64,000 bases of DNA, from assembly GCF_009914755.1 (NCBI RefSeq), contig NC_060941.1; one strand, 5' to 3'. A program made the position numbers and the translations under genes. The stretch comes from the human T2T-CHM13v2.0 reference genome, Homo sapiens. This document shows, piece by piece, positions 25,740 through 38,180 of this stretch (within the stretch, counting starts at the first letter, position 1; every line of letters starts with the position of its first letter). The notes below the pieces were generated by a model. It was not told where the DNA came from. It saw nothing but the letters and a program-made list of their open reading frames with translations, and did not search any database.

Positions 25740-28700
25740 CCCCATAGTCTCAAAATCAACTCCCTCACCCAATGCCTTAAATCCCTGTACCCAAGACCCA
25801 TGGAATGACTTGCAATTCCCTAACCATGCTCTGCTCTCTCTCAATATTGTACTTTTGCACATAATCTTCCCTCAGTCTAGGTCAACTTCCACCTAACTCG
25901 TTGTCCAGTTAACCTCCAGTTATTTTGTGATTCCACTTGAACTTCCTTCACCAATCTCACTTGAACCTGTATTCTCACTTATCACACTGGTAGACAATTT
26001 ACCTGTTTGCATATGTCTCTCATACCTCACTATACCATAGGCTATTGGAGAGACGATACCATATGTTACTCATTTCTGTAATAGCCCCAGTGTCCCTGGC
26101 AATGAATGGACAATAAATTCTATTTATCACTGTAAGCACTTAATACTCAAGGTCTGTATGTCTTGCTCTATTGCCTAGCTACAGAATGAACACATGCCAC
26201 TGACTGGTGAGTAATTGAGTTTAGAAAATTAGAGGCCATATCTTTAACAGTTCCAGTTTCTAGAAGTAAAGAGTTTGATATAAAGCTCCAGAAAGAAGAA
26301 ACTGAACTTAATTTGGAGCACATTTTAGGAGAAAAGAGGGTAAAGGCACTGACAACATCATCTGACTTTATGAAAGACTATGGGTCACTTAAAGAGATAT
26401 TGTGAGGAATGCACATAGTAAATTTAGCAGACAGATTTGAAATTTGGATGGACAACAAATGAGCGGTAGCACTGTGACAAGGAGAGGATGCACCTGCCAT
26501 GTCATTTTCATTAGAAACAGAGAACAGTTTTAGCTGGAAGAGCTGACAGCCAAATGCATGCCAAGTAAATAATCTGCATAGGGGGTGTAAGAATGCAAAA
26601 ACATTTCCGACACAAAGAACAAGGCCTTGGCAGAGTTTTCTGTGAAAAGAGATTGTGAATAAGCCTCCACGAATGTGAAAATCACCCAAAAGGTTGCCCT
26701 AAGAAGAGGAGGAGCAATACTAACATTTTGTTGGGTGACTACTGTGCCAAGTACTATCTTACCACGAATAATCCTCACAAAAACTCTTGAAGCATGTTAC
26801 AATTTTATGGGGGATAAAAATGAGGCTCAAAGGGCTTAAGCAACTTCTATAGAGCCACAAATCTCCATTCTTTCCAGTACAGTAGCAGATGCAGCACAAC
26901 CAGTGTCTAGTGTCCAAGAAAGGGAAATGAAAAGAACTAAGGTAGTAAAGCCTGGCCAACTGAGTGTAGCGTGTCTACCTGGATTTGCAAAAGAAAGACA
27001 GGAGACTAAAATCTCATATTGGGCACCTACATTTTTATGTTTACCGGCATTCAGTCCCCTTCCTGTTCATTCCCCTTCCTGACGGCACTCCAATTTCCTG
27101 TTGGAGAATCACCCAAGCCATTTTGTTTAATCTCGTTGGGGTTGTAAATATAAAAGGCTGCCCCTTTCTTTTCTGTATGGGAGTTTAAGGGATGCCTGGA
27201 GGCTATTTCTACCAGATCTTTTCTAAAATCTCCCTGATACCTAGGCTTGGGCAATCACACTCCATCTCTTAGGACTTTAAATATTAAGTGGATAGACATA
27301 GGCTAAGGAAATGGCTGGAGTTCATTCCAGCAGCATTTCGAAGATTGATAGTTCCTATCATATTTTAAGCCTATTTGTCCAGCTTCTCCACTGATTCTCT
27401 GACTCCTCAATTATCTCCCAGTAAATCTCCATTTTGGGCCAGCGTTGTTTTCTATTGCTGACAATGAAGGATGTAACTTGTTGCCTTGTTACCCAAAACA
27501 AACAAACAAACAAACAAACAAAAATAACAGAATTAATGATACACATTCAGCACTAAGATATATGCTTTGTAAAAATTCATCAAACTGTATATAAAAGATT
27601 TGTGCTCTTTATTGTATGTTGTAATTCAATTAAAATGTTTACAAACCTACTTCTCAATTACAAAAACAGTAGATGGTTTCCTTAGAAATAACAAGGGAAA
27701 AATGAAAACATATGCCATACTATGAGGCAGAAAACTAGGTAAACAGCAAGACAACTAAAAAAATAAGCAAATGTAACAGGAATAAGATCAAATAAATCAA
27801 TTATGACAGTAATGTAGACAGGATTATCTTTTTTTTACTAAAATCTTACACCCTTGCATTGGGCTGAAAAATCACAATAAACTTTATGCCATCTTCAGGC
27901 AATACAAGGAAAACAACGCAAAACAGAAATGTCATGCATTAAAGGTGTGAAAGGATATTGTAAGCAAACATTAATTAGAGGGATAACTCTTAATATCAAA
28001 AATATACATATTAGACAAAGATGATAATGAAGGTGCAATAGCTTTGAAATGTTAGGCAACAAATAATATCACTCTACCTGTCTTTCTCTCTTTTGCTTTC
28101 TCAAAAAAAGAGAAATATTTCAGGTATACAAACATAACATACAGCCACGTTCTCACCAACTAGTTTACAGAATTAAAAAATATGGTTATTTCCACAAATT
28201 AATCTCCTCAGTAGTTACCAAACTAAATTTTCTAACCCTACTAGCCTCTAAAGAGCATTTGCTGGGACACTTTGGCAATTGATGGGCCATTGTAGTGAAT
28301 TGTGTGAATTATTTTTACTGATGATTCATTCAATACCACCATTGTTTCTTTTTAGATACCACACCTCTGTCAAACTAACTTATTACTTATAACCATCTTC
28401 AAAATTGTGGTTAGAGGGGATTGCTTTATCTTCTATAATTTCCATTAGCAATCCCCTCCCCCTTCATATACCTGAAACCGATTCTTCATTTTGAGGAATT
28501 ATCTCAAATTTGTGAGATGGTGCTATGCAAACTCAGGATCAAACACTCCCTACCAACCTGATTGCTGCCCCCAAGGACCCCCAGATAGAAATTCCGAAGC
28601 CAACCCTGCTTCTAAAGAATGAATTTTTAAAAACTTTTTATTATTGAATATTTTACACATATATTAAAATAAAGACAGTAGTATAATGACCTTCCTTGAA

Positions 28701-29457
28701 CCTAGTTTTAATCATTATTCTTGGCCAATCTTTCACCTGTACTTCCCTTTGCTTTCTCCTCTTCAGATTATTTTGAAGCAAGTTCTAAATATCGTATTAT
28801 ATCATAGAACTTTTAAATATTTCAATATACAACTCTAAAAGGCTAGGAAATAAAAATTAATTTTCCAGGTTGTTTTTTGACTTCTCCATAAAATAAGAGA
28901 ACAGGTCTATTTTTATTCACCATTGTATCTTTAGTTCTTATATAGTGTCTAGAATATTCTGAATAAATATTCTTAAATGAATACGTAAGTGAATCAAGAG
29001 AGGGTTACTTATGTAAATTAATACTGGGCTGCTTCTCTGCTTGGGTCATAAAAAAGATTGTGCTTAGAAATAATAACAAAGTATAGTTATAAATATTTTA
29101 GGAAAAAAAATTTTTTAAAGGGTATATTGTACCTAACATGGCAGAAATAATGAGACCTATAATATAACTATGAAAAAAAATTACTCCAGAAAGTAAAGTA
29201 ATAAATACCATAGTAGGAAGAGAAATGGGAGAAACCAAAACAAAGGCAGATTTTGTAGGATGAGCTTGTAAGACATTGGTAAGAAATGTTTGTGGAAATT
29301 TGACTAATTTGGCAATCAGAAGACAATATTAACTAAGAAGCTATATTTAGCATGTATATGTCATTTATTAATGACAGTGACAAGGATGAATGATTGAATA
29401 GATGTGAACATTGTCATAAAACTATTAAGGACTATATTTAAGTTTCAATAACTAAGC

Positions 29458-29772
<315 letters not shown>

Positions 29773-29910
29773 TAGTTCCCCCAAATTCACAAGGGATCCA
29801 GAGTTGGAAGATATTTCTGACCTCAGGAGTTCAACTTGAAGTCAAAACTTAGATGAAACGAAAAAAATTGCCTGTGGTATTGATTATTTGTGCACCAGAA
29901 ACTGTATGAA

Positions 29911-30770
29911 TGTGCCAGATGCCTTCCACTTGCTCCTTGAGACCCTCTCTCCACTCTCCACTCACCCTTTTCTCTGTCCCAGGGCGTTGGCTTGCAGGAA
30001 CCCCTCTGGCTCCTGATGGGTATAGTCAGCGGGGCATGCTCTCAGGAGATGAGAGGGAGGGAAGAGAATGAGGCCCAGGTGTTTATTTCCCCACTTCCAT
30101 CCTTGCAGGTTGCTTTACCCTGGCTGCTGCTCCTCTCACGTTGGTCCTCTACAGATTGATCTCCTATTAGGATTCCCTAAATCTCTCTGTATTAGTCTGT
30201 TTTCATGTTGCTGATAAAGACATACCCAAGACTAGGCAGTTTATAAAGAAAAAGAGGTTTAATGGACTCACAGTTCCACGTGGCTGGGGAGACCTCACAA
30301 TCATGGCAGAAGGGTACCTCTTACACGGTGGCAGACAAGAGAATGACAGCCAAGTGAAAGGGGAAACTCCTCACAAAATTATCAGATCTCGTGAGACTTA
30401 TTCACTACAATGAGAACAGTATGGGGGAACCGTCCCCATGACTCAATTGTCTCCTACTGGGTCCCTCCCACAACACGTGGAAATTATGGGAGCTACAATT
30501 CAAGATGAGATTTGGGTGGGGACACAGCCAAACCACATCATTCGCCTTCCTCATATCTTTGAGCCCTGAGTGATAACACATCTTCGTCTTCCGTTATTAT
30601 CCCTGAGGAAGCTCACTGATAGCTTTGATGATAATTCCTTTATAGACTACCCTCAAATTATCCTATTTTTTTCTTTTTAACTTTTACTTTAGATTCAGGG
30701 GGTACATGTACGGGTAAATTATTCTAATATGAGTGTGTGTCTGTCTCTCCCTGGGTCTCTCACTGAGAAG
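29911..30770 (+). mobile_element. LTR16-like ERVL LTR interrupted by a THE1 solo LTR
   Basis: LTR16-like sequence on both sides of 30188-30540; boundaries approximate. Confidence 0.55.
30188..30540 (-). mobile_element. THE1 solo LTR (THE1B/C-like)
   Basis: TGTATTAGTC...GGGGACACAGCCAAACCACATCA, the reverse complement of a complete THE1 LTR. Confidence 0.9.
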
Positions 30771-33282
30771 CACTGGCAGGTATCATATTTTTAATCATAT
30801 TGGCATTTCTACTGCTCCTAGGCAGGTACTTTTGCACCAGCCTATAGTTACAACTCCTTGAGAACCCATGTTTCTTTCACCTTGTTGCCTAAAACCTGCT
30901 AATAAGAAATAGAAAATCAAATTGACAGGGATAAAGGTGATAAGAGTTGGCAAGGAGGAAGCCCAATTGCATAAAGAGAAATCATGTGGAAATTAAAAAC
31001 AAAACATAATAATAATCCAGGGGTCTGGGAGTTGAAAAGGGAAGTTTTATGTAATTCTAGCCAGTTGATGTCATTATAGCTAGTTCTCTGGCCAGGGAGG
31101 CCAGGGGAAGGGAGGATGTGAAGGTGAGAAGGACTCAGACATTCTCCTTTAGATCTGAGGCTCAGCCTTGTGTGTGCAACATTAGGTCAGTGAGAACAAA
31201 GGGATGTGTCTGAGCAACAGCCAAGGCCATTTCCCTGCAGAAATGGTTCCGCAGTCCCAAAGATGGGCCCACTATGAGTTAAACCTCTTGTCATCCGTTT
31301 TGTGTCTCCCCCTCCCTTAGCCTGTCTTGCTGTGGCCTCCCAAGCCCATCCATGCAATGGCAACGCCTCGCAGGCTTCCAGCTCATCTGTGTTCAGGAAT
31401 GGGAGGGTCGGGGCCACTGACACACACCAGTATCCTGCAGCCTATTATTTCCTGCCTGTCCTGGCTCCCCTCCAAGACTAAACATGACAGGTGGATGAAG
31501 TTCACGAGAAAGCACTGCAATGGGCCACTTTTCCAGGAATGCTGCTGCTAACTGGATTCACAAACTAAGCCAACTCCCACCACCCTAGGCTGAATGAGGA
31601 GGCAGCTGAATGGTGCAGAATTGATTTTTTTTTCCTTGCTTTTTTACCCTCTGTCTCCAGTCTAAATCCTGTGATTGTTCCAGCTGGTATAAGCGACTCC
31701 CTACTCAGACTCCAGGGTTCTAAGTGCTTCCAAGGCCTATGCAAGAAACAAAGACACTTAACTCATGGCTCTTATTTCCAAACCAATGACCCACAACTGA
31801 GAACCGGAGGGGAAAACAATCTGTGCCATTGTGGAGCGTGGGGGTGAGGGTTTGTGATGGCTTCAGTCTGCTCTAGCAAGAAAAGTCTCAGAGTTATTTG
31901 ATAATCTGATTGTGGAAGGAGAAGATAGAAAAAAGCAAAAAATAAAATAATAAAAAAGGTCACAATTGGCACTCTTAATTGGCAATCCAGAAAGATTTAG
32001 AGAGCCAGATTACGTTTAGAGAGGTAAATTATCTCATTTGAACAGAGTTTGGAGATTGTAAAAGTGGCTGATCATCCAATATACTTGTGACTCTTTTTTT
32101 TTTTTTTCAAGTAAAACTGTGAGCTAATAGGGCAAATAACCATGCAGAGGCTTCTTGTCCACTCCCTATGCTGAGGGAATGACAGTTGCTCTCTTTCCAA
32201 TTCTGGGTAAACAATGCCAGATTAGGATGGGTCTGACCCCAGATTTTAAGGTAGTAAGCCTGCTAATGGAACTGACAGTCAGAAAGGTGACTGGGTAAAA
32301 CTACAACCTGTGGGCTAGGGTCAACATCTATTTATCTTGGGCTCTCATTGGGTACTAAATAATTACCACCTCCTACTACTATGAGCTCAGGCACTAACTG
32401 AGTAGGCATTTTCAGAAGTCCTTAGAAAGTTCCCAAGAATCAGAATGGCTCCTGTGGGAGCTAGTTTTAGACTTCACAGATATCTTAGAGATCTGGGGGG
32501 GAAGTTATTTAGGATAGATGTATGTATTCCAAGGACCCGGCTAGTATCTAAATAGCTTACTTTTGTTGTTACCTCCATGGTTAAATATCAAATATGTCTC
32601 CCCATGCTATAGCATTAGTGAAAAGGAATGAACCAGAAGAGCCAACCATCTTCCACCCCAAACCACTTCCACCCCATCCACAGGTGGAAATGGGGCGGTA
32701 ACTTGGATTTAAGGCTAATAAACTCTCTTACTTTCTCTGGACAAGATTTAAAAGGATGAGCACAGGGACTGACTCAGCTGTGCATATGTAAAATACCTGC
32801 CTCTTGGTAATAAGGTACTTGAAGATTATGTTTTATATAGGAAAATGTTTCACTTTTAAACAAGGATCTAGATTACATTTTTGAACTATTGATGTTTATT
32901 CTTGAAAGGAGGGGAGTATTTATGTATGTGCATACACCTGTGTGTACCTTTGAAACAATATTTATTTGCTTAGAAACTAGGAAAAAAGATAAAGAATATC
33001 TGAATGTCACATTGCTAAGGATTTATCAAAAGGGACAACAGAGTCCCAAAGTCCACCCTGGGATGTTATTGGATCTTATTGAAATCTGAAAGTCCACCCT
33101 TGACTGCCTTGCCAAGGTCCCTGTCATGTCCCCTATTTTCCCTTTCCCTCCCTGAGGTATTATTCCAAAAGGAATAGATGAGGCTTTGTAAAATTACTGT
33201 AAGTTATTGTGTTGTAGTAATTATGCTGTTGTGATTGGAACGGAGATGAAAATGAATCCTATCTCTGAGGAGAGTGGAAGAT

Positions 33283-33662
33283 TGTATTAGTCCATTCTTG
33301 CATTGCTAGAAAGAACTACCGGAGGCTGAGTAATTTATGAATAAAAGAGGTTTAATTGGTTCACAATTCCACAGGTTATACAGGAGGCATGGCTGGGGAG
33401 GCCTCAGGAAACTTAAAATCATGGCAGAAGGCAAAGGGGAAGCAAGCACGTCCTACATGGCTGGAGCAGGAGGAAGACAGAAAAGGGGGAGGTGCTACAC
33501 ACTTTTAAACAACCAGCTCTCATGAGAACTCACTTACTTTACAAAAACAGCAAGTGGGAAGTCCACCCCCAGGGAGGGGCTTTCCACCAGGTCTCTCCTC
33601 CAACACTGGGGATTACAATTTGACATGAGATTTAGGCAGGGACAGAAATCCAAACCATATCA
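33283..33662 (-). mobile_element. MSTA-like MaLR solo LTR
   Basis: Complete reverse LTR with a perfect 5-bp TSD AAGAT. Confidence 0.88.
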
Positions 33663-34130
33663 AAGATCCCAAAGGATTAAGGTTATTTGCAATGTAAAGA
33701 TTTAATACAAAAGCCAAAAGCATCACTCAGAGGAAAGGCCAGTCTTAGGACAGAAGAGTCAGGCTAGCTAGAGAGTAGAGATTATGCCCACAAGGGGCTT
33801 CCTCTGTGATGGTTTTAAATTATCTTGGTCCCTTGCTTTGCTCTACAAAACAGTCGTATTTATTTCTCCTTTGTAAGTCCTGTCTTATTATGAGGGGAAT
33901 TATAAGGCTGATTTCTCCTTTGTGATTCCCCTTTTATTAAAAAAATGCTTTGGTAAAATTTAAAGACTTTTGGGAATGGCATTTTAGGAATCAGAGCTTT
34001 TCTGTGTTTCTCTTCATTGACTGAGATCCTTGTTTTCTTAATAGCATCATCTTAAGAAGAAGAGTAGTCCAGGCATTCTTGATGTGAGTAAGTCTGAAAC
34101 AAAAGATCTTTTCCAAAAACACACCAGAGG

Positions 34131-34738
34131 TGAGAGGTGAAGCCAGCTGGGCTTCTGGTTCAGGTGGGGACTTGGAGAACTTCTGTGTCTAGCTAAAGGA
34201 TTGTAAATGCACCAATCAGCATTCTGTGTCTAGCTAAAGGATTGTAAACACACCAATCAGCACTCTGTAAAATGGACCAATCAGCACTCTGTAAAATGGA
34301 CCAATCGGCACGCTGTAAAATGGACCAATGAGTGTTCTGTAAAATGGAACAATCAGCAGGATGTGGGCAGGGCCAAATAAGGGAACAAAAGCTGGCCACC
34401 GGAGCCAGCAGCTGCAACCCGCTTGGGTTCTGTTCTGTGGTGTGGGAGGTTTGTTTATTCCCTCTTCACAATAAATCTTGCTGCTGCTCGCTCTCTGAGT
34501 CTGCACTATGTTTATGATGTGTAACACTCACTGCAAAGGTCTGTGGCTTCATTCCTGAAGTCAGCGAGACCAGGAACCCACCGGGAAGAAGAAACTCTGG
34601 ACACATCTGAACATGTGAAGGAACAAACTCTGGGCACACCATCTTTAAGAACTGTAACACTCATCGCGACGGTCTGCAGATTGATTCTTGAAGTAAGTGA
34701 GACCAAGAACCCACGGGAAGGAATGAATTCTGGACACA
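34131..34738 (+). mobile_element. LTR12 (ERV9/HERV9) solo LTR
   Basis: TGAGAGGTGAAGCCAGCTGG start; tandem ACCAATCAGCACTCTGTAAAATGG units; AATAAA at ~34470; U5 repeats; ends GGACACA; perfect 4-bp TSD GAGG. Confidence 0.93.
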
Positions 34739-36470
34739 GAGGGAGAGCATGTTTGAAAAGAATTGGATATTTGGATACAGGAGGGATTACAAGAGAAAAA
34801 AGAAAAAATCTCATGACTCTGCAACTCCTAAGGAAATTCTAATGTACTCAAAGGCATAAAGCATACAGTCATCAACTTTTCTAACTGAAGGGATCATTTG
34901 CCCACCCTGCCTTGCCCCAATTTGCTTTGTGTATTGTACCCCTATGTTTAAGAATGGGGTACAATCCCATCCACCCAGTCCAAGCCAGGAACATGGGTAC
35001 CATGTTTGATTGGTTCCTTTTCCTCATGTCCCACCCACCCACACAAATAATCAGTCTCAAAGCCCCATTGGTTTTATCCTCCCAGATACTTGTAATCTTT
35101 TCATTTGATATGTCTACAAAGACATGGGAGAAGATAAGAGAATGAGGAAGCCACTGGATTTTGCAACCAGAAGAGCTTTACAGACTGATGAGGGAGCCAT
35201 TTCAATAGCCAGATTACAAGGGGTCAAGCCAGTATGGGTAAGAAGAGAAGAATATGGCCATTGTATCTGACGAATACTCTGGAGCAATGTTATTCATTCA
35301 GTATATGCTCAACACTTTTCAAAAGTCTAAATTATGTTTTCCCTAAAGAAATGAACATGCTCTCTTCTTATTCCACTGCTTTATTTCACAATTTCTTTTT
35401 CCTTCTTAAAAATTTTACCTTCTGTTAAGTATAAAAATTTAGTAAATAATAATTTATAGAAATGTTAGCCTTTCTTACTGTGAGAGTCTGGGTAGAAAAT
35501 CCTTGACCATTACTCCAAATGAATTTTTGCTCTAATGTCAATCTAATTCATTTACTGTCTAAGTAAAGTATACTCTCTTTTGGCTATGCAACAATTCAAT
35601 CACCATACCTTCCTATTTTGGGGAGAATCCCCCTGTTATGTTATTTTTGGTGGGAGGTGGTGTCAAATGCTCCATCTCTCCCCTCCCTGCTTCCATGGTA
35701 GGAGCATTGACTTAGGCTTAGCCAGTCAGATGCTCTCTTCCCAGTGTTATGAAAACTGAGTGAATGATGCAAAGACAAAATGAAAGTTGGAATTCATTGA
35801 AAGCTGTGGCCATGGGGCTGGCTGGGTCCTCTGGCAGTTGCAGTAGCAGTAGCATCTGGCTAGATTCTTTTGGTTACAAGTCTGTTGTGCTTCCTGACAC
35901 TGGGCCTTTGGAAATACCTTTGCTTCCAACTTCTTCTAAGCCTGGTCCTCTAGCTTTCTGATGGTTCTGTAAGCCATTGCTATTATTCCAGTACATTCTC
36001 ATTGTTCTTCTTACAGATGGAGATGGTTTCTGTTGCTTTCAACCCCAGGAATCCTAACTTGTATATTTCCAAATATGTCTTGTTGTTTCCACCACTGTGC
36101 TTTTTCCATGCCAATGGTGCATCTAGATCGCCCTTCTCACTTCTCTGTTTTTCCATATCCAGCTCAAATTTCATCTTTCTTGATCATCATAACATTTTCT
36201 GAGTCCACTCTATGAACCAGGTCTTGGGCTAGGAGACAAAAAAGATATAGCCACTGTACTCATGAAGATGTTATGTATAGTGAATGGCACACATGTAAAG
36301 AACAGTCACATTTCAAAGAGTTAAGAGCCAGCTTGGAGGTATGCACTAGGCACGTTACAGTGCTGAAGCAAAACTTCTTACTTCTGGTAAGCTTCCATAG
36401 AGAGGGAGCCTACCAGGCATTGAACTCAGGGAAGGGCAATGAAGGCACAAGGTAGGCATGAGCCATGAAG

Positions 36471-36871
36471 TGTCAAAAAAAAAAAAAAAAAAAAAAACCT
36501 TAGACAAATTAAATTTAACAGAGGTTAATTGAGCAAAGGACACTGCATGAATCAGCTTCCCAAACCAGAATAGGTTCAGAAAGACTCCAACACAGCCAAA
36601 GTGGTGGAAGAAGGCTTATGGCAGAAAAAGGAAAATGATGTACAGAAAACAGAAGTGAGATACAGAAACAGCCAGATTGGTTACAGCTCATCATTTGTCT
36701 TATTGCAACATAGTTTGAACAGTTGGCTGCCGAAACTTGGTGATTGATACTAGAGTAGGTTACAGTCTGTTTACACATCCAGTTAGGTGACTATTCACTG
36801 TGTATGGACAAACCTTTAAGCTGAACTTAAAATATGTAAGGAGGCAGTTTTAGGATAAACTTAATTTAACA
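36471..36871 (-). mobile_element. MER57-like ERV1 solo LTR with expanded A-run
   Basis: Reverse complement begins TGTTAAATTAAGTTTATCCTAAAACTGCCTCCTTACATATTTTAAG; TSD GAAG/GAGG. Confidence 0.75.
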
Positions 36872-37796
36872 GAGGTGGGAAAGGACATGGCAATGCTGAG
36901 GAATGGCTGAGGTTCAGTGTGACTACAACATGAGGTGTGAGGGGAAGGAGGGTAGTGAGAGATAAAGCCGGGGAAGTGGATTCCCTATGTGACAAATTGA
37001 AGGATGTGGACCCATCCTCTAAGCCACAGACACCAAAATGTTTTGCTGGTGCATCCCATCAACAAAGTGCTTTGAGCTTCCCCCTAAATATATGTACGCT
37101 TACTTATAAATTTTATATAGTGCTATGATCGATCCATATATGATGTATTAATAATATTTCATATTGAAGTAGAAAAGTAACACTAAATGAAAGGCTAATA
37201 TAGTCTTTCCACACTCAAAAGGATTGTCTTGCTTAGCCTTAATCTGTTGTGTTAGAAGAGTTTATTGGAGGGCAATGGTCTATTCGCATTTTTATAGGAT
37301 AACTCTGCCAGCAGCATGGAAGGACTGGAGCAGAATTCTTGTAAAATTAGGTGAATCTAGATTGCTTTAAAAATAAAGAGCCATAGTCCCCAATAAGTTA
37401 GTGGAACTGAGGAATGATCATCAATAACTACTCATATTACAAAAAGACAACCAGATGCGTAGTGCCCCCAGATGGAAGCATTTGAAACTTCATACCACCT
37501 ATATTCTTGCCAAAAACATCAACTCTGAATCTAATGAAAACTTTACAATTAATGAATAATAAGAAAATTGTTATTAGCTATTATATACTATAATAAAATA
37601 AAATATATAGCGGAATACAAAGTTAATTTTTTATAAATTATTATATAAACTAAAGGAAACATTGGGTTAAAGGACATGTTAAATGATACCACAAGGATAT
37701 AACCAGCAAAATGCAAACTGCAGGAAGTTCTATGGGACAAACAACCCAGTTTCTGCAACAAATAAGAAGCAAGGGGGAGAAAAGAGTGATGGAGGG

Positions 37797-38180
37797 TGAT
37801 ATGGTTTGATCTGTGTTCCCACCCAAAACTCATCTCAAATTGTAATGTGCATAATCCCCACATGTCGAGGGAGGGACCAGGTGGGAGGTGATTGGATCGT
37901 GGGGACGGTTCCTGCTATGCTGTTCTCATGATAGTGAGTGAGTGCTCATGAGATCTGATGGTTTTATAAGCATCTGGCATTTCCCTTGCTTGCACTCCTT
38001 CTCTCTCCTGCTGCCATCTGAAGAAGGTCCTTGCTTCCCCTTTGCCTTCAGCCATGGTTGTAAGTTTCCTGAGGCTTCCCCAGCCATGCAGAACTGTGAG
38101 TCAATTCAACCTCTTTGTTTATAAATTGCCCAGTCTCAGGTAGTATGTTTATTTATAGCAGTGTGAAGATGACTAATACA
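37797..38180 (+). mobile_element. THE1D/MST-like solo LTR nested in an old L1M fragment (~37330-38570)
   Basis: TGATATGGTTTG...GACTAATACA complete LTR, flanked on both sides by L1 3'-like A-rich sequence. Confidence 0.85.

Noticed and set aside
34193-34842. Repetitive ORFs (ADWSILQ...) and a 24-bp repeat array resembling CRISPR or a repeat protein
   Set aside because: These are LTR12 U3/U5 tandem repeats with no unique spacers, in eukaryotic DNA.
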